The notes: generated from the sequence alone by a model not told the origin. DNA of 64,000 nt from an uncultured Gammaproteobacteria bacterium (GCA_964504365.1 CAZDDW010000002.1:53246-117245), one strand, 5' to 3'; positions 20,263-28,961 are shown, numbered from the stretch's first letter. Numbers and translations: made by a program.

Positions 20263-20265
20263 TCT
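20228..20265. terminator. Bidirectional intrinsic terminator (A-run/hairpin/T-run)
   Basis: CAAACAAAAAACTGACCctgcGGTCGGTTTTTTGT reads as a hairpin with a U-run on both strands. It would serve the plus-strand sRNA and the minus-strand gene 20294-20611. A second hairpin GACAGGC-gtaa-GCCTGTC lies at 20270-20288. Confidence 0.6.
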
Positions 20266-20293
20266 GAGGGACCGACAGGCGTAAGCCTGTCAT

Positions 20294-20611
20294 TTAAGTT
20301 CCTTGCTCGACTCGCTGCAATGCATGTAACTCAGCGTTGAGCTGCTGAACACCAGGATGCTGATCAGTATAACTATAGCCTTTTAGCAAATCTCGATCAC
20401 CTGTAATACTGCGTCGAGCATCTTCAATTTTAGCTTTTCGTGTAGCTCCTTCAAGGCCTTCAAATCGCTGTGCAAACACGATCATGGCCTGCTGAATGGC
20501 TGCGCTGTCTAGTGTATCAGCCGAAACCATGTCTGGTTGTGATTCAACCTCAGGCACCATGCTGGCCGCAGCTTCTTTTTGAGCTGCTCGTTTACCAAAA
20601 AATTCTAACAT
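20294..20611 (-). CDS. Hypothetical 105-aa protein (islet 2)
   Basis: ORF with an upstream TTGACA-17-TAAGAT promoter on the minus strand at ~20640-20670. Confidence 0.45.
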   Translation of the reverse strand: MLEFFGKRAAQKEAAASMVPEVESQPDMVSADTLDSAAIQQAMIVFAQRFEGLEGATRKAKIEDARRSITGDRDLLKGYSYTDQHPGVQQLNAELHALQRVEQGT

Positions 20612-20698
20612 AAAGTATCAGTTAATTTTTGTTTATCTTAGGCTGTTTGGGGTCAAGTGTCAAGGGTGACTAAGAAGGGAATGACACACTTCAGTGTG

Positions 20699-21052
20699 TC
20701 ATTTGACAGACTTACGTCTGTCAGTCCCACAAAGAAACAACACCCCAATCACCAGTAACGGCAATGTCGTGACAAGTAAAGAGAACAGCATTTCTTCAAG
20801 ATTGAACAGGAAAATCGGGAGCATAGCCAGCAGCACAAACATCCACCCGCCGATACCCGGTCGTATCCAAGAAACCCATAATGCGCCCAGGATCAATAAC
20901 GTCGGGACGTTGTGCATGAATAACGCAACAATCATCTCGTACCAGTGATAATCTTCTGCAAAAACATCGAGGGACATTAGGGCAAAGAAGACGGCGAGCA
21001 AGATAACCAGAACTCGCGGAAGCCATTTGAGAACTTTGTTTAGCATACTCAT
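20699..21052 (-). CDS. Hypothetical small membrane protein (3-4 TM helices), islet 2
   Basis: Hydrophobic ~117-aa ORF. The start is reassigned to MSMLNK so that the upstream palindrome and the TTGTGTCAAG…TGcTAGAAT promoter become non-coding. Two perfect hairpins, ATGACACAC-ttca-GTGTGTCAT and TGACAGAC-ttac-GTCTGTCA, sit at and within the 3' end (20681-20723). Confidence 0.55.
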   Translation of the reverse strand: MSMLNKVLKWLPRVLVILLAVFFALMSLDVFAEDYHWYEMIVALFMHNVPTLLILGALWVSWIRPGIGGWMFVLLAMLPIFLFNLEEMLFSLLVTTLPLLVIGVLFLCGTDRRKSVK

Positions 21053-21067
21053 ACATTCTAGCACACC

Positions 21068-21093
21068 TGTCACGTCGCTCGCGAGCGACGTGA
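21068..21093. promoter_or_regulatory. Perfect 26-bp palindrome GTCACGTCGCTCG|CGAGCGACGTGAC between the -35 and -10 elements (candidate operator)
   Basis: Exact reverse-complement symmetry, read directly. It lies between divergent genes 20699-21052(-) and 21160-21489(+). Confidence 0.7.
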
Positions 21094-21159
21094 CTTGACA
21101 CAATCAACTTTATCTGATAAGTTACTTCCTTCTCAACGAAGACAAAGGAGGGAAGTACT

Positions 21160-21489
21160 TTGGAACTCAGACATCGAGAATTGGTGAGAATAAACCTGGA
21201 AGGCGCCACGATCATCGAGCATCGTCCGGATTGCCCAGTGGCTGGCAAGATCGACACCGCAAGCTTGGCTGCTGTGATCGGGATGAGCTGGAGACACCTC
21301 GAAGACGGAACGTGGCGTGACACCGTGTTCACGACCGATTCCTGGCGATTCGAGCGACAGGGCGACGTGATCTTCTTCCACCGCACCGAACCCAACGATG
21401 TGTCACGTGGTTTCGATCAGCCCGACCTCACGACCGATCTGTACACCATCGTCCTGCCGAACACGCGGGAAGTCAGCCCTGGCTGGTAG
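21160..21489 (+). CDS. Hypothetical 109-aa protein (TTG start), islet 2
   Basis: AAGGAGG SD 7 nt before TTG, high-GC codon usage, and a terminator at 21514-21538. Confidence 0.55.
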   Translation: MELRHRELVRINLEGATIIEHRPDCPVAGKIDTASLAAVIGMSWRHLEDGTWRDTVFTTDSWRFERQGDVIFFHRTEPNDVSRGFDQPDLTTDLYTIVLPNTREVSPGW

Positions 21490-21513
21490 GACCGTTTACC
21501 TCAGACTCCACTT

Positions 21514-21570
21514 GACCCACCTCGGGTCTTTTTCTTTTGGGTTGACAATTTGTGTAGATTCAAATATATT
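21514..21570 (+). promoter_or_regulatory. Terminator-promoter module copy 1
   Basis: GACCCacctcGGGTC hairpin, then TTTTTCTTTTG, then TTGACA (21543-21548), 16 nt, and TATATT. Confidence 0.7.
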
Positions 21571-21605
21571 AACGCTGGTTCCTGAACAAAATTACAGGAG
21601 AAATC

Positions 21606-21944
21606 ATGCTTCCAGGCAACCGGCCAACAGGAAGAAGAATGACAAAACAAGGTCCGCAAGAAGCCAGAAGACTCCCGGACCAAGTCAGCGGCCCTCTGCT
21701 GTACTCGTATCTCCAAGGCATAGCCCGCGCCATGACTGACGGGGCAGTATTGATCAACAGTACGACAACCACTTTCTCGCGTGCCAGCGTCATTTCTGTT
21801 CTCAAGGCACAGAACATCCATGAGAGTGACATCGCCGAGGCCATCACGTACTGCTTGGATAATGATCTACTCATCGAAGAACACGATGGCTTCCACATGA
21901 CCACCTTCGGGCTGACCAGTACTCGCCCCAAGCGCCGGTTATAG
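21606..21944 (+). CDS. Hypothetical small protein, paralog 1 of a tandem islet-2 pair (possible winged-helix DNA-binding fold)
   Basis: 112 aa. Its C-terminal ~75 aa align with the next gene: LLYSYLQGIARAMTDG…FSRASVISVLKAQNIHESDIAEAITYCLDNDLLIEEHDGFHMT against SLYSRLWDVATAMSAG…FPRASIVAVLQSMGIREERVERAIQYCLRNGLLEERDDGFHLV. Confidence 0.6.
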   Translation: MLPGNRPTGRRMTKQGPQEARRLPDQVSGPLLYSYLQGIARAMTDGAVLINSTTTTFSRASVISVLKAQNIHESDIAEAITYCLDNDLLIEEHDGFHMTTFGLTSTRPKRRL

Positions 21945-21994
21945 CAAAACCAATGGACACACACTGGGCCTAGCCCCATCTAGACCTAAATCTC

Positions 21995-22054
21995 GACCCG
22001 TAAACTGGGTCTTTTTTCTTTTGGGTTGACAAAATACGTGGAAATTGGTTTACT
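21995..22054 (+). promoter_or_regulatory. Terminator-promoter module copy 2
   Basis: GACCCgtaaactGGGTC hairpin, then TTTTTTCTTTTGGGTTGACAA, 17 nt, and TTTACT. Confidence 0.7.
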
Positions 22055-22093
22055 TGTCCCAGAACGATCATTCATACACGAAAGGGGCAACAA

Positions 22094-22438
22094 ATGCTCT
22101 CAGACAACTATCCCAATGAATGCAGGGAACGGCAGCAACCGCGACGAGACCCTCGGCCCAGGGGTCCCATGGTCGACAGCTTCTCGCTGTACTCTCGGCT
22201 GTGGGACGTAGCCACGGCCATGTCCGCAGGCGGCAAGGGGTTCCCCAGGGGAACCGAGATCGCTTTCCCACGCGCCAGCATCGTGGCCGTGCTCCAGTCT
22301 ATGGGTATTCGTGAAGAGCGAGTCGAACGGGCCATCCAGTACTGTCTGCGCAACGGCCTGCTCGAGGAGCGTGATGATGGTTTCCACCTGGTCCAGAGCG
22401 AGCTGTCGTCCTTCCGCATGACGATGCGCCGCATCTAG
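22094..22438 (+). CDS. Hypothetical small protein, paralog 2 of the tandem pair
   Basis: 114 aa with an Arg/Pro-rich N-terminus. The C-terminal domain is paralogous to 21606-21944. Confidence 0.6.
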   Translation: MLSDNYPNECRERQQPRRDPRPRGPMVDSFSLYSRLWDVATAMSAGGKGFPRGTEIAFPRASIVAVLQSMGIREERVERAIQYCLRNGLLEERDDGFHLVQSELSSFRMTMRRI

Positions 22439-22450
22439 ACCACACACCTC

Positions 22451-22510
22451 GACCCAACCCTGGGTCTTTTTCTTTTGGGTTGACAAACCGCGAGATGGAA
22501 GGTAAGTTCT
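22451..22510 (+). promoter_or_regulatory. Terminator-promoter module copy 3
   Basis: GACCCaaccctGGGTC hairpin, then TTTTTCTTTTGGGTTGACAA, 17 nt, and TAAGTT. Confidence 0.7.
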
Positions 22511-22526
22511 AGACAAGGAGGCCCTC

Positions 22527-22736
22527 ATGAGAGAACCGCAACCTGCAAGCGTGCTCCGAGCCTGCTTAGCAGCAAATCAAGGCTGCAGAATCGAATACTT
22601 CGATGATGGAGGATCGATCGAACTTCAGCCTAGATTTGTCCTGGAGGACATGCATGTCCGCGGTCGTACGTGCAAGCGCGGAACGCGTGTATCTGTTCCT
22701 TTATTCGAACCGATCAAGGGCGTCACTCCTCTCTAG
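22527..22736 (+). CDS. Hypothetical 69-aa protein (islet 2)
   Basis: AAGGAGG SD 6 nt before ATG. A GAGTCTTTAAAGGCTC+TTTTTCTTTTG terminator follows, running into the TGgTATAAT extended -10 of the helicase gene (~22745-22780). Confidence 0.5.
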   Translation: MREPQPASVLRACLAANQGCRIEYFDDGGSIELQPRFVLEDMHVRGRTCKRGTRVSVPLFEPIKGVTPL

Positions 22737-22871
22737 CACCACACCTGAGTCTTTAAAGGCTCTTTTTCTTTTGTGGTATAATGGGGCCGGAAAATAAGCT
22801 TGTCGCACGTGGCACGTCGCATGTCGTCTCCAGAACGACGCGCGACCTCCGACGCGCGACGCACACCACAT

Positions 22872-25820
22872 ATGCCCGACAACCTACTTGAAAACCTAAA
22901 TGAAGAGCAACTCCAAGCTGCAATGCACAAGGAAGGACCTCTTATGATTATTGCTGGCGCAGGAACGGGGAAGACTACTGTGATTACACAGCGTGTGGCC
23001 TGGTTGATCGAGCAGAAGCTAGCAGAACCAGACGAGGTTTTAGCATTAACGTTCACGGAAAAGGCAGCCACTGAAATGGAAGAGCGTGTCGATCGTTTGC
23101 TACCCATGGGTTATGTTGATCTTTGGATCTCTACGTTCCATGCTTTTTGCGAACGAGTGCTTCGTGACTACGGAGTTGAGATCGGGCTGTCACGAAATTT
23201 TAAACTATTATCTGAAATTGATACCTGGCTGCTGATGCGCCAGAATTTTGATAGGTTCGAACTGGACTATTATCGGCCTTTGGGAAATCAGACAAAATAC
23301 TTGAAATCATTGCTTCAACATTTTTCTCGAGCCAAGGACGAAGTGATAACACCTGAAGAGTATCTGAGGTTTGCTGAGGAGCAGAAAGCGAGCCTGGATA
23401 CAAAGACATCAAACGACGAAGCAACGACTGAAGTAGCTCGGCTTGAAGAGCTGGCTAATGCGTATCACACGTACCAACAGATTTTGCTTGAGAATGACGC
23501 CATGGACTTTGGTGATCTGATAATGTACACATTGCACCTGCTTCAGAAGCGCCCGAAGATCCTAAAGGAACTTCGAGACAAATTTAAGTACGTGCTAGTA
23601 GATGAGTTTCAAGATACCAACTGGGCGCAATACGAATTAATCAAATTACTTGCTGCTCCGAAAAACAATGTTACGGTTGTTGGAGATGATGATCAGTCAA
23701 TTTATAAATTTCGTGGTGCTTCGCTGTCAAACATTCTGCAATTCGAAGTTGACTATCCAGACGCGACGCAGGTTGTGCTGACCAAGAACTACCGCACAGT
23801 GCAATCGATCTTGGACCATGCCTATAACTTTATTCAAAAAAACAATCCGAACCGACTCGAGACTCAACCGCGGGATAAACCGTTATCAAAGCAACTTGTG
23901 GCACATCGCGAAGAAGCTGGGCTAGTCGAGCACATGCACTTTAAAACTTTGGATCTGGAAGTTGAGGGTGTGGCTGATCGGATTCTTGAATTAAAAAAAC
24001 AATATCCAGATGCAGACTGGTCTGACTTTGGAATCCTGGTTCGAGCAAATGATAGCGCGAACAATTTCTTGTCTGCACTAGAACGCCGCGGTATTCCATA
24101 TCAGTTCCTGGCCCTGCGTGGTCTATACACGAAACCGATAGTTCTGGATCTTTTGTCATATATGCACGTAATCGACAATCCATACGATAGCCCTAGCTTT
24201 TATCGAATCCTAACGCATCCGATGCTGGATATCGCACACGAGGATCTAACGAAGATTAATTTCGAAGCATATAAAAAAGGCCGTTCAACTTTTGAGATCC
24301 TGCAGTCAGCAAAGTCAATCACAGGAATGAACGAGGAAACGTATCAGAAAATCGATGCTTTGTTATCACTACTTGCAGACCTAGCACAAGAAGCTAAGAC
24401 AAAGCCCGTGACCGAAATGGTCGTAACAATCATGCAAAAATCTGGGATATTAAAGTACGCGCAAACATTGCCAGAGCAAGATGAACACGATGCGTTTAGA
24501 TATTTACATCAGTTCTTTGAGCGAGTGAAACGATTCGAAGCACGGGCAGACCACAAGGCACTGAAAAACTTTTTGTTTGAGTTCAAGTTCGAACGCGATG
24601 CTGGAGAAGAGGGAAGTCTGCAGTTTGATATTGAGTCTGGACCGGACATGGTCAAGTTAATGACCGTGCATGGATCCAAAGGCCTGGAGTTTCGTTTCGT
24701 GTTCGTGGTCAACATGATTGATCAACGCTTCCCAACAATCCGTCGCAAGGATCCAATTCCATTACCTGACGATTTGGTTAAAGAAAAAGTTCCTGAAGGT
24801 GATGTCCACCTGGAAGAAGAGCGGCGTTTGTTTTATGTCGCGATCACGCGCGCCAAAGAAGGTTTGTTCTTAACTTCAGCCGAAGATTACGGCGGCGTGC
24901 GCAAACGCAAATTATCGCGCTTTATGCACGAGCTAGAAATTGTCGACGATAAAGCACTCACCCCAAACGAATCCGTCGGCCCATTCGAAGATAATCGGGA
25001 AAATGTACCGACCAGGACAAATGTCCGAAATGTTGTGTATACGATTCCGAAGCATTTTAGCTTTACGCAATTAGCTGCTTTTGCTACTTGTCCTTTGCAA
25101 TATAAGTTTGCTCATCTGCTCAAGATTCCTGTATTCGGTAAATACCAAATGTCGTATGGAAAAACCATGCACAATACATTGCAAGAGTTTTTCAGGGTTT
25201 GGATTGAACGACAGAATGCTCCGCAGCAGAATCTATTCGGAGACGCAGGTGATTCACCAATCGATCCTGTACCTGTATCATCAGATGAACTCACAAAAAT
25301 CTACGAAGAACAATGGATCGACGACTGGTATCCAAACAATAAGGTTCGCGAAGAATATAAACAAAAAGGACTAGATACGTTTAAGGACTACTGGAAGCAG
25401 CTCAAAACTGAACCGCCGAAACCTAATCAACTAGAAATAGGATTCACTCTCAAGATCGATGACCTGGTTCTTAAGGGTCGGATAGACCGCATCGATGATA
25501 TCGAGGGTGGGGTAGAGATTATCGACTACAAGACAGGAAAAGCAAAAGAGAAACTAAGCAAGGATGACAAAAGACAGCTCTTGATCTACCAGATCGCAGC
25601 TGTTGAATGTCTTGGTCTTGTTCCAAAAAAGTTGACTTATCACTACTTAGACAACAATACAACGGTCTCATTCTTGGGCACACCAAAAGAACTTGAAGGG
25701 TTGAAAACCGATCTGCTCGCAGCTTTAGAAAAAATCAAAGAAAGCAACTTCAACGCCACCCCAGGATTCAATTGCCGCTTCTGCGACTTCGCTGATATCT
25801 GTGAATTTAGGAAACTATAA
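22872..25820 (+). CDS. UvrD/PcrA-type SF1 helicase fused to a C-terminal Cas4/AddB-like Fe-S PD-(D/E)xK nuclease
   Basis: Walker A AGAGTGKT and helicase motifs (DEFQDTN, VGDDDQSIY, VHGSKGLEF). The C-terminus has a nuclease core (IDRIDD…IIDYKTGK…YQ) with a Cys set (C…CRFCDFADIC). The start is taken at MPDNLL, because the 72-nt GC-rich extension upstream has GACGCGCGAC direct repeats and looks like junction sequence. Confidence 0.85.
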   Translation: MPDNLLENLNEEQLQAAMHKEGPLMIIAGAGTGKTTVITQRVAWLIEQKLAEPDEVLALTFTEKAATEMEERVDRLLPMGYVDLWISTFHAFCERVLRDYGVEIGLSRNFKLLSEIDTWLLMRQNFDRFELDYYRPLGNQTKYLKSLLQHFSRAKDEVITPEEYLRFAEEQKASLDTKTSNDEATTEVARLEELANAYHTYQQILLENDAMDFGDLIMYTLHLLQKRPKILKELRDKFKYVLVDEFQDTNWAQYELIKLLAAPKNNVTVVGDDDQSIYKFRGASLSNILQFEVDYPDATQVVLTKNYRTVQSILDHAYNFIQKNNPNRLETQPRDKPLSKQLVAHREEAGLVEHMHFKTLDLEVEGVADRILELKKQYPDADWSDFGILVRANDSANNFLSALERRGIPYQFLALRGLYTKPIVLDLLSYMHVIDNPYDSPSFYRILTHPMLDIAHEDLTKINFEAYKKGRSTFEILQSAKSITGMNEETYQKIDALLSLLADLAQEAKTKPVTEMVVTIMQKSGILKYAQTLPEQDEHDAFRYLHQFFERVKRFEARADHKALKNFLFEFKFERDAGEEGSLQFDIESGPDMVKLMTVHGSKGLEFRFVFVVNMIDQRFPTIRRKDPIPLPDDLVKEKVPEGDVHLEEERRLFYVAITRAKEGLFLTSAEDYGGVRKRKLSRFMHELEIVDDKALTPNESVGPFEDNRENVPTRTNVRNVVYTIPKHFSFTQLAAFATCPLQYKFAHLLKIPVFGKYQMSYGKTMHNTLQEFFRVWIERQNAPQQNLFGDAGDSPIDPVPVSSDELTKIYEEQWIDDWYPNNKVREEYKQKGLDTFKDYWKQLKTEPPKPNQLEIGFTLKIDDLVLKGRIDRIDDIEGGVEIIDYKTGKAKEKLSKDDKRQLLIYQIAAVECLGLVPKKLTYHYLDNNTTVSFLGTPKELEGLKTDLLAALEKIKESNFNATPGFNCRFCDFADICEFRKL

Positions 25821-25868
25821 GCAGACCAAAAAACCCGCCTGAGAAATCAAGCGGGTTTTTTGATTATC

Positions 25869-27014
25869 TTATCGTGTCAACCAAAGTTTCTTGTAGCAGA
25901 CCTGAAGCAGGGAACCAAAGGCGATCAGGAAGAAGATGCAGTACAGTGCCCAACCAATGATCGGCACCAGGCAAACTATCTGAAGCACCAACACACCAAG
26001 CAATGCCCATTTCCAATCAATTCCAACCTTGCTCTTGGCCCACTTGGCAAACAAACCACCAAGAAGCATGCCTCCGTAAACTTTTGACAAAAGAATAAAG
26101 AAAGCATAGGCAAGCATTCCCAGGATACCAAAACCGATTCCAACAACAGTAAACATCAAGATCACAACAGCCACAGGAATCACGATTGCACAAACAAAAC
26201 CAGTTAAGAAACCGCGCCCTGGCTTAGTCAAACCTAATCGAACCACTTCTTTTGAATATTTCTTAAAGACCAATACTAGAACAACTGCACTGACCAAAAG
26301 CACTAGTAGTTTAACCAAATTCATTACTCCAACAAAAGCAGCCAAGGCAACACCAAACCCATCAGCATGATACTGAGCACGAGAAACTCTTTCATAAACA
26401 AACTCACCGTTCACAAAAGCACCCTCATCAATCACAGCCTCAGTCGAACCTTTATACAAAACATCACCGTCGATAACTGCACCACTGCCAATAGTCAACT
26501 TGGTCCCAGCTTCGATCATAACATCGCCCTGCAAAGTACCATTGATAACCACCTCATCGCCGTAGATCATTGTTTCACCCTCAACCAAACCGTCAAAGAC
26601 GATATAACCACCAGCGAGAACCATGTCTCCGGCAACAGTTGTGCCAGACAGGATCTGCAGCATCCCACCAGCTGCCATCAGTTCGTCGCCAACGACACTA
26701 TCGACCATTACCGTACCGCCGGCCACTCGCAGGTCATCAGCCACATCGTTGAGCACACTAACCGAGCCACCAGCTGTTAGTAAGTCATGGCCAACTGAGC
26801 CATTAATTAAAACATTGCTTCCAAAAGCAACTAAGTCTGCCAAAGCATCACCAGACACGGTAACGTTGGCTGCACCAACATATAGGTCATCATCGACCTC
26901 TGTGCCACTACCAAGCGAGTACATTTCACCACCGTCAAAAGTGGCAGCCATGGTTGTTGGAGCAAAGCTAAAAGCTAGCAAAAACAACATCAGGCCAAAA
27001 ACCGCTTTTTTCAT
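25869..27014 (-). CDS. Secreted/membrane protein with bactofilin-like beta-helical repeats and a C-terminal multi-TM domain
   Basis: N-terminal signal peptide and a repeated G-D-x-x-x-AGG-x-V motif spaced every ~18-20 aa (DUF583/bactofilin-like). Four or more TM helices lie at the C-terminus. Confidence 0.6.
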   Translation of the reverse strand: MKKAVFGLMLFLLAFSFAPTTMAATFDGGEMYSLGSGTEVDDDLYVGAANVTVSGDALADLVAFGSNVLINGSVGHDLLTAGGSVSVLNDVADDLRVAGGTVMVDSVVGDELMAAGGMLQILSGTTVAGDMVLAGGYIVFDGLVEGETMIYGDEVVINGTLQGDVMIEAGTKLTIGSGAVIDGDVLYKGSTEAVIDEGAFVNGEFVYERVSRAQYHADGFGVALAAFVGVMNLVKLLVLLVSAVVLVLVFKKYSKEVVRLGLTKPGRGFLTGFVCAIVIPVAVVILMFTVVGIGFGILGMLAYAFFILLSKVYGGMLLGGLFAKWAKSKVGIDWKWALLGVLVLQIVCLVPIIGWALYCIFFLIAFGSLLQVCYKKLWLTR

Positions 27015-27113
27015 ATTTTGAGTTTATTTAATAACAGATTCATTATAGCACTTTTCCGCAGGGTTGACACATTAGTCAGCCCCTACGCTCATCTGTGGTA
27101 TAATCTTGTCGAT

Positions 27114-27425
27114 ATGTTAAAACCAATGAGCGATATTATTCCCAACGCTGTAGGGCGGTCTGGGATCGGGCAATCCATGTATGCCGCAAATGTGGTTACT
27201 GTTGTAGTTGGTTTTTTTCAGCAGCTCCTGGGCGATGCCAGTAAGCAGTTTAAAGTAATCAGCTACAAGGACGGAGTACTGACCGTTGATTGCCTGAACA
27301 GCGTTATCGCTAACGAAATCGCACAGTCAGAAGACAAGTGCCGGGCGTTTCTTCGTAAAAAAGTACCGCGCGCAAAATTGAAAACAATTCGAACACGACT
27401 TACCGACGAGCTCGAGTCGTGGTAA
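27114..27425 (+). CDS. Small DUF721/DciA-like protein (tentative)
   Basis: A ~103-aa ORF that starts just after a TGgTATAAT extended -10 box (27099-27107). The size and sequence pattern resemble DUF721. The assignment is tentative. Confidence 0.4.
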   Translation: MLKPMSDIIPNAVGRSGIGQSMYAANVVTVVVGFFQQLLGDASKQFKVISYKDGVLTVDCLNSVIANEIAQSEDKCRAFLRKKVPRAKLKTIRTRLTDELESW

Positions 27426-27434
27426 AATACTTAC

Positions 27435-27833
27435 ATGACATTTCAGCAATACATAACTGTAATGCTAATTGGAACAGGCGGAGCATGGCTAGCCTGGTTG
27501 ATTACGCTTTTTATGACTGATCCAACAGAAACCTCAATCATCGGTTTCTTATTTTTCTATCTGACCCTGTTCATCGCACTAGTCGGCACGATCGCCATTA
27601 TCGGTTCAGCAATCCGTGTCCTGATCAAGAAGCCGGCTGTGATCGCTCGCCAAGTCTACATTGCTTTCCGCCATTCGATCCTGTTCAGCATCTTACTCAT
27701 CGGCTCTTTGATCCTGGTCTCGTTCGATATTCTGCGCTGGTGGTCGATCTTGTTGTTTATTGTTGTCCTGGCCTTTATCGAGCTATTTTTCCTAACCTCA
27801 AAACCCAGACCAACTCGTCCACCAGTTGAATAA
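27435..27833 (+). CDS. Hypothetical integral membrane protein (3 TM helices)
   Basis: A 132-aa hydrophobic ORF. Confidence 0.5.
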   Translation: MTFQQYITVMLIGTGGAWLAWLITLFMTDPTETSIIGFLFFYLTLFIALVGTIAIIGSAIRVLIKKPAVIARQVYIAFRHSILFSILLIGSLILVSFDILRWWSILLFIVVLAFIELFFLTSKPRPTRPPVE

Positions 27834-27908
27834 TATTTGTGTCCAATATAGGCTTGCACAGCAGGCCAGGATCGTATAAAATAGAGGCCCTGAAAGCCTT
27901 GCTTTTTT

Positions 27909-28961
27909 ATGCTCAACAAGTTACTTGGAAAATTCTCAAAGGATCTCGGAATTGACTTGGGTACAGCCAATACCCTTGTTTTTGTTGAAGAAAAGGGAAT
28001 CATCATTAACGAGCCTTCGGTTGTTGCTATTAACACTAGAACTGACCAGATTGTGGCTGTGGGTAAGGATGCCAAGGACATGCTTGGTAAAACTCCGCCG
28101 CACATAATTACTTCAAAACCGCTGCACCAAGGTGTAATTTCAGATTTTGAGGTCACTGAGAAAATGCTTAAGTACTTTATCGATAAGGTTCATCAAGAAT
28201 CATTTACGATCGTGCCGCGACCGCGTGTGGTTATGGGTGTGCCGTTGGAAATCACGGAAGTAGAACGCAAGGCTGCCGAGGATGCGGCCATCTCTGCAGG
28301 GGCCCGTAAAGTTTACTTGGTTGAAGAACCAATGCTGGCCGCAATTGGTGCACGGCTGCCAATCACTGATTCAGTTGGTTCAATGATTGTTGACATCGGT
28401 GGTGGTACAACAGAAATCGCTGTTATATCGCTAGCTGGAGTTGTTACCTGGAAGTCACTACCGATCGCTGGTGAAGAAATGAACAAAAATATCGTCCAGT
28501 ACGCACGAGAAAAATTTAATCTTTTACTAGGAGAACGTGTTGCTGAACAAGTGAAAACACGAATTGGATCTGCGCTGGAACTTGATGAGGAACTAGAAAT
28601 GCAAATGCGTGGACGAGACTTAATCACAGGGCTACCAAAAGAAATCATGGTCAACGACAGTCAAATGCGCGAAGCACTAACCCGGTCGATCAGAGTAATA
28701 ATCGAAAACGTTAAATCAACACTTGAAGTAACACCTCCGGAGTTAGTAGCAGATATATATGAACGTGGAATCGTAATGACTGGTGGAGGCTCGCTGCTAA
28801 AGGGAATTGATGTGGCAATTTCTCAAGCTGCAGAAATACCAGTTCGTATTGCTGAAGATCCACTAACATGTGTTGTCCGCGGTGCAGGTGCACTTCTAGA
28901 CAATCAAACTCTACTATCGGACATTGCTTTACCTTCAGCAACTGATGACAATACTTTATGA
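27909..28961 (+). CDS. mreB: Rod-shape determining actin homolog MreB
   Basis: GIDLGTANTLV phosphate-1 motif and DIGGGTTEIAVISL phosphate-2 motif. Length is 350 aa. Confidence 0.92.
   Translation: MLNKLLGKFSKDLGIDLGTANTLVFVEEKGIIINEPSVVAINTRTDQIVAVGKDAKDMLGKTPPHIITSKPLHQGVISDFEVTEKMLKYFIDKVHQESFTIVPRPRVVMGVPLEITEVERKAAEDAAISAGARKVYLVEEPMLAAIGARLPITDSVGSMIVDIGGGTTEIAVISLAGVVTWKSLPIAGEEMNKNIVQYAREKFNLLLGERVAEQVKTRIGSALELDEELEMQMRGRDLITGLPKEIMVNDSQMREALTRSIRVIIENVKSTLEVTPPELVADIYERGIVMTGGGSLLKGIDVAISQAAEIPVRIAEDPLTCVVRGAGALLDNQTLLSDIALPSATDDNTL

Noticed and set aside
20796-21395. 199-aa minus-strand ORF spanning the membrane-protein gene, the 26-bp palindrome and the divergent gene
   Set aside because: It would read through the promoter/operator region and a divergent gene and has no start context. 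The two separate genes, each with an SD, are preferred.
22100-22528. 142-aa and 108-aa minus-strand ORFs antisense to gene 22094-22438
   Set aside because: These are antisense shadow ORFs in high-GC DNA with no translation signals.
22800-22871. Long N-terminal extension (MSHVARRMSSPERRATSDARRTPH) of the helicase ORF
   Set aside because: It is GC-rich, has direct GACGCGCGAC repeats and an implausible composition. Helicase homology begins at MPDNLL, and the TGgTATAAT promoter lies just upstream.
26367-27021. Plus-strand ORFs (137, 60 and 132 aa) inside the bactofilin-like gene
   Set aside because: They are antisense to a long gene with strong repeat structure and have no independent support.
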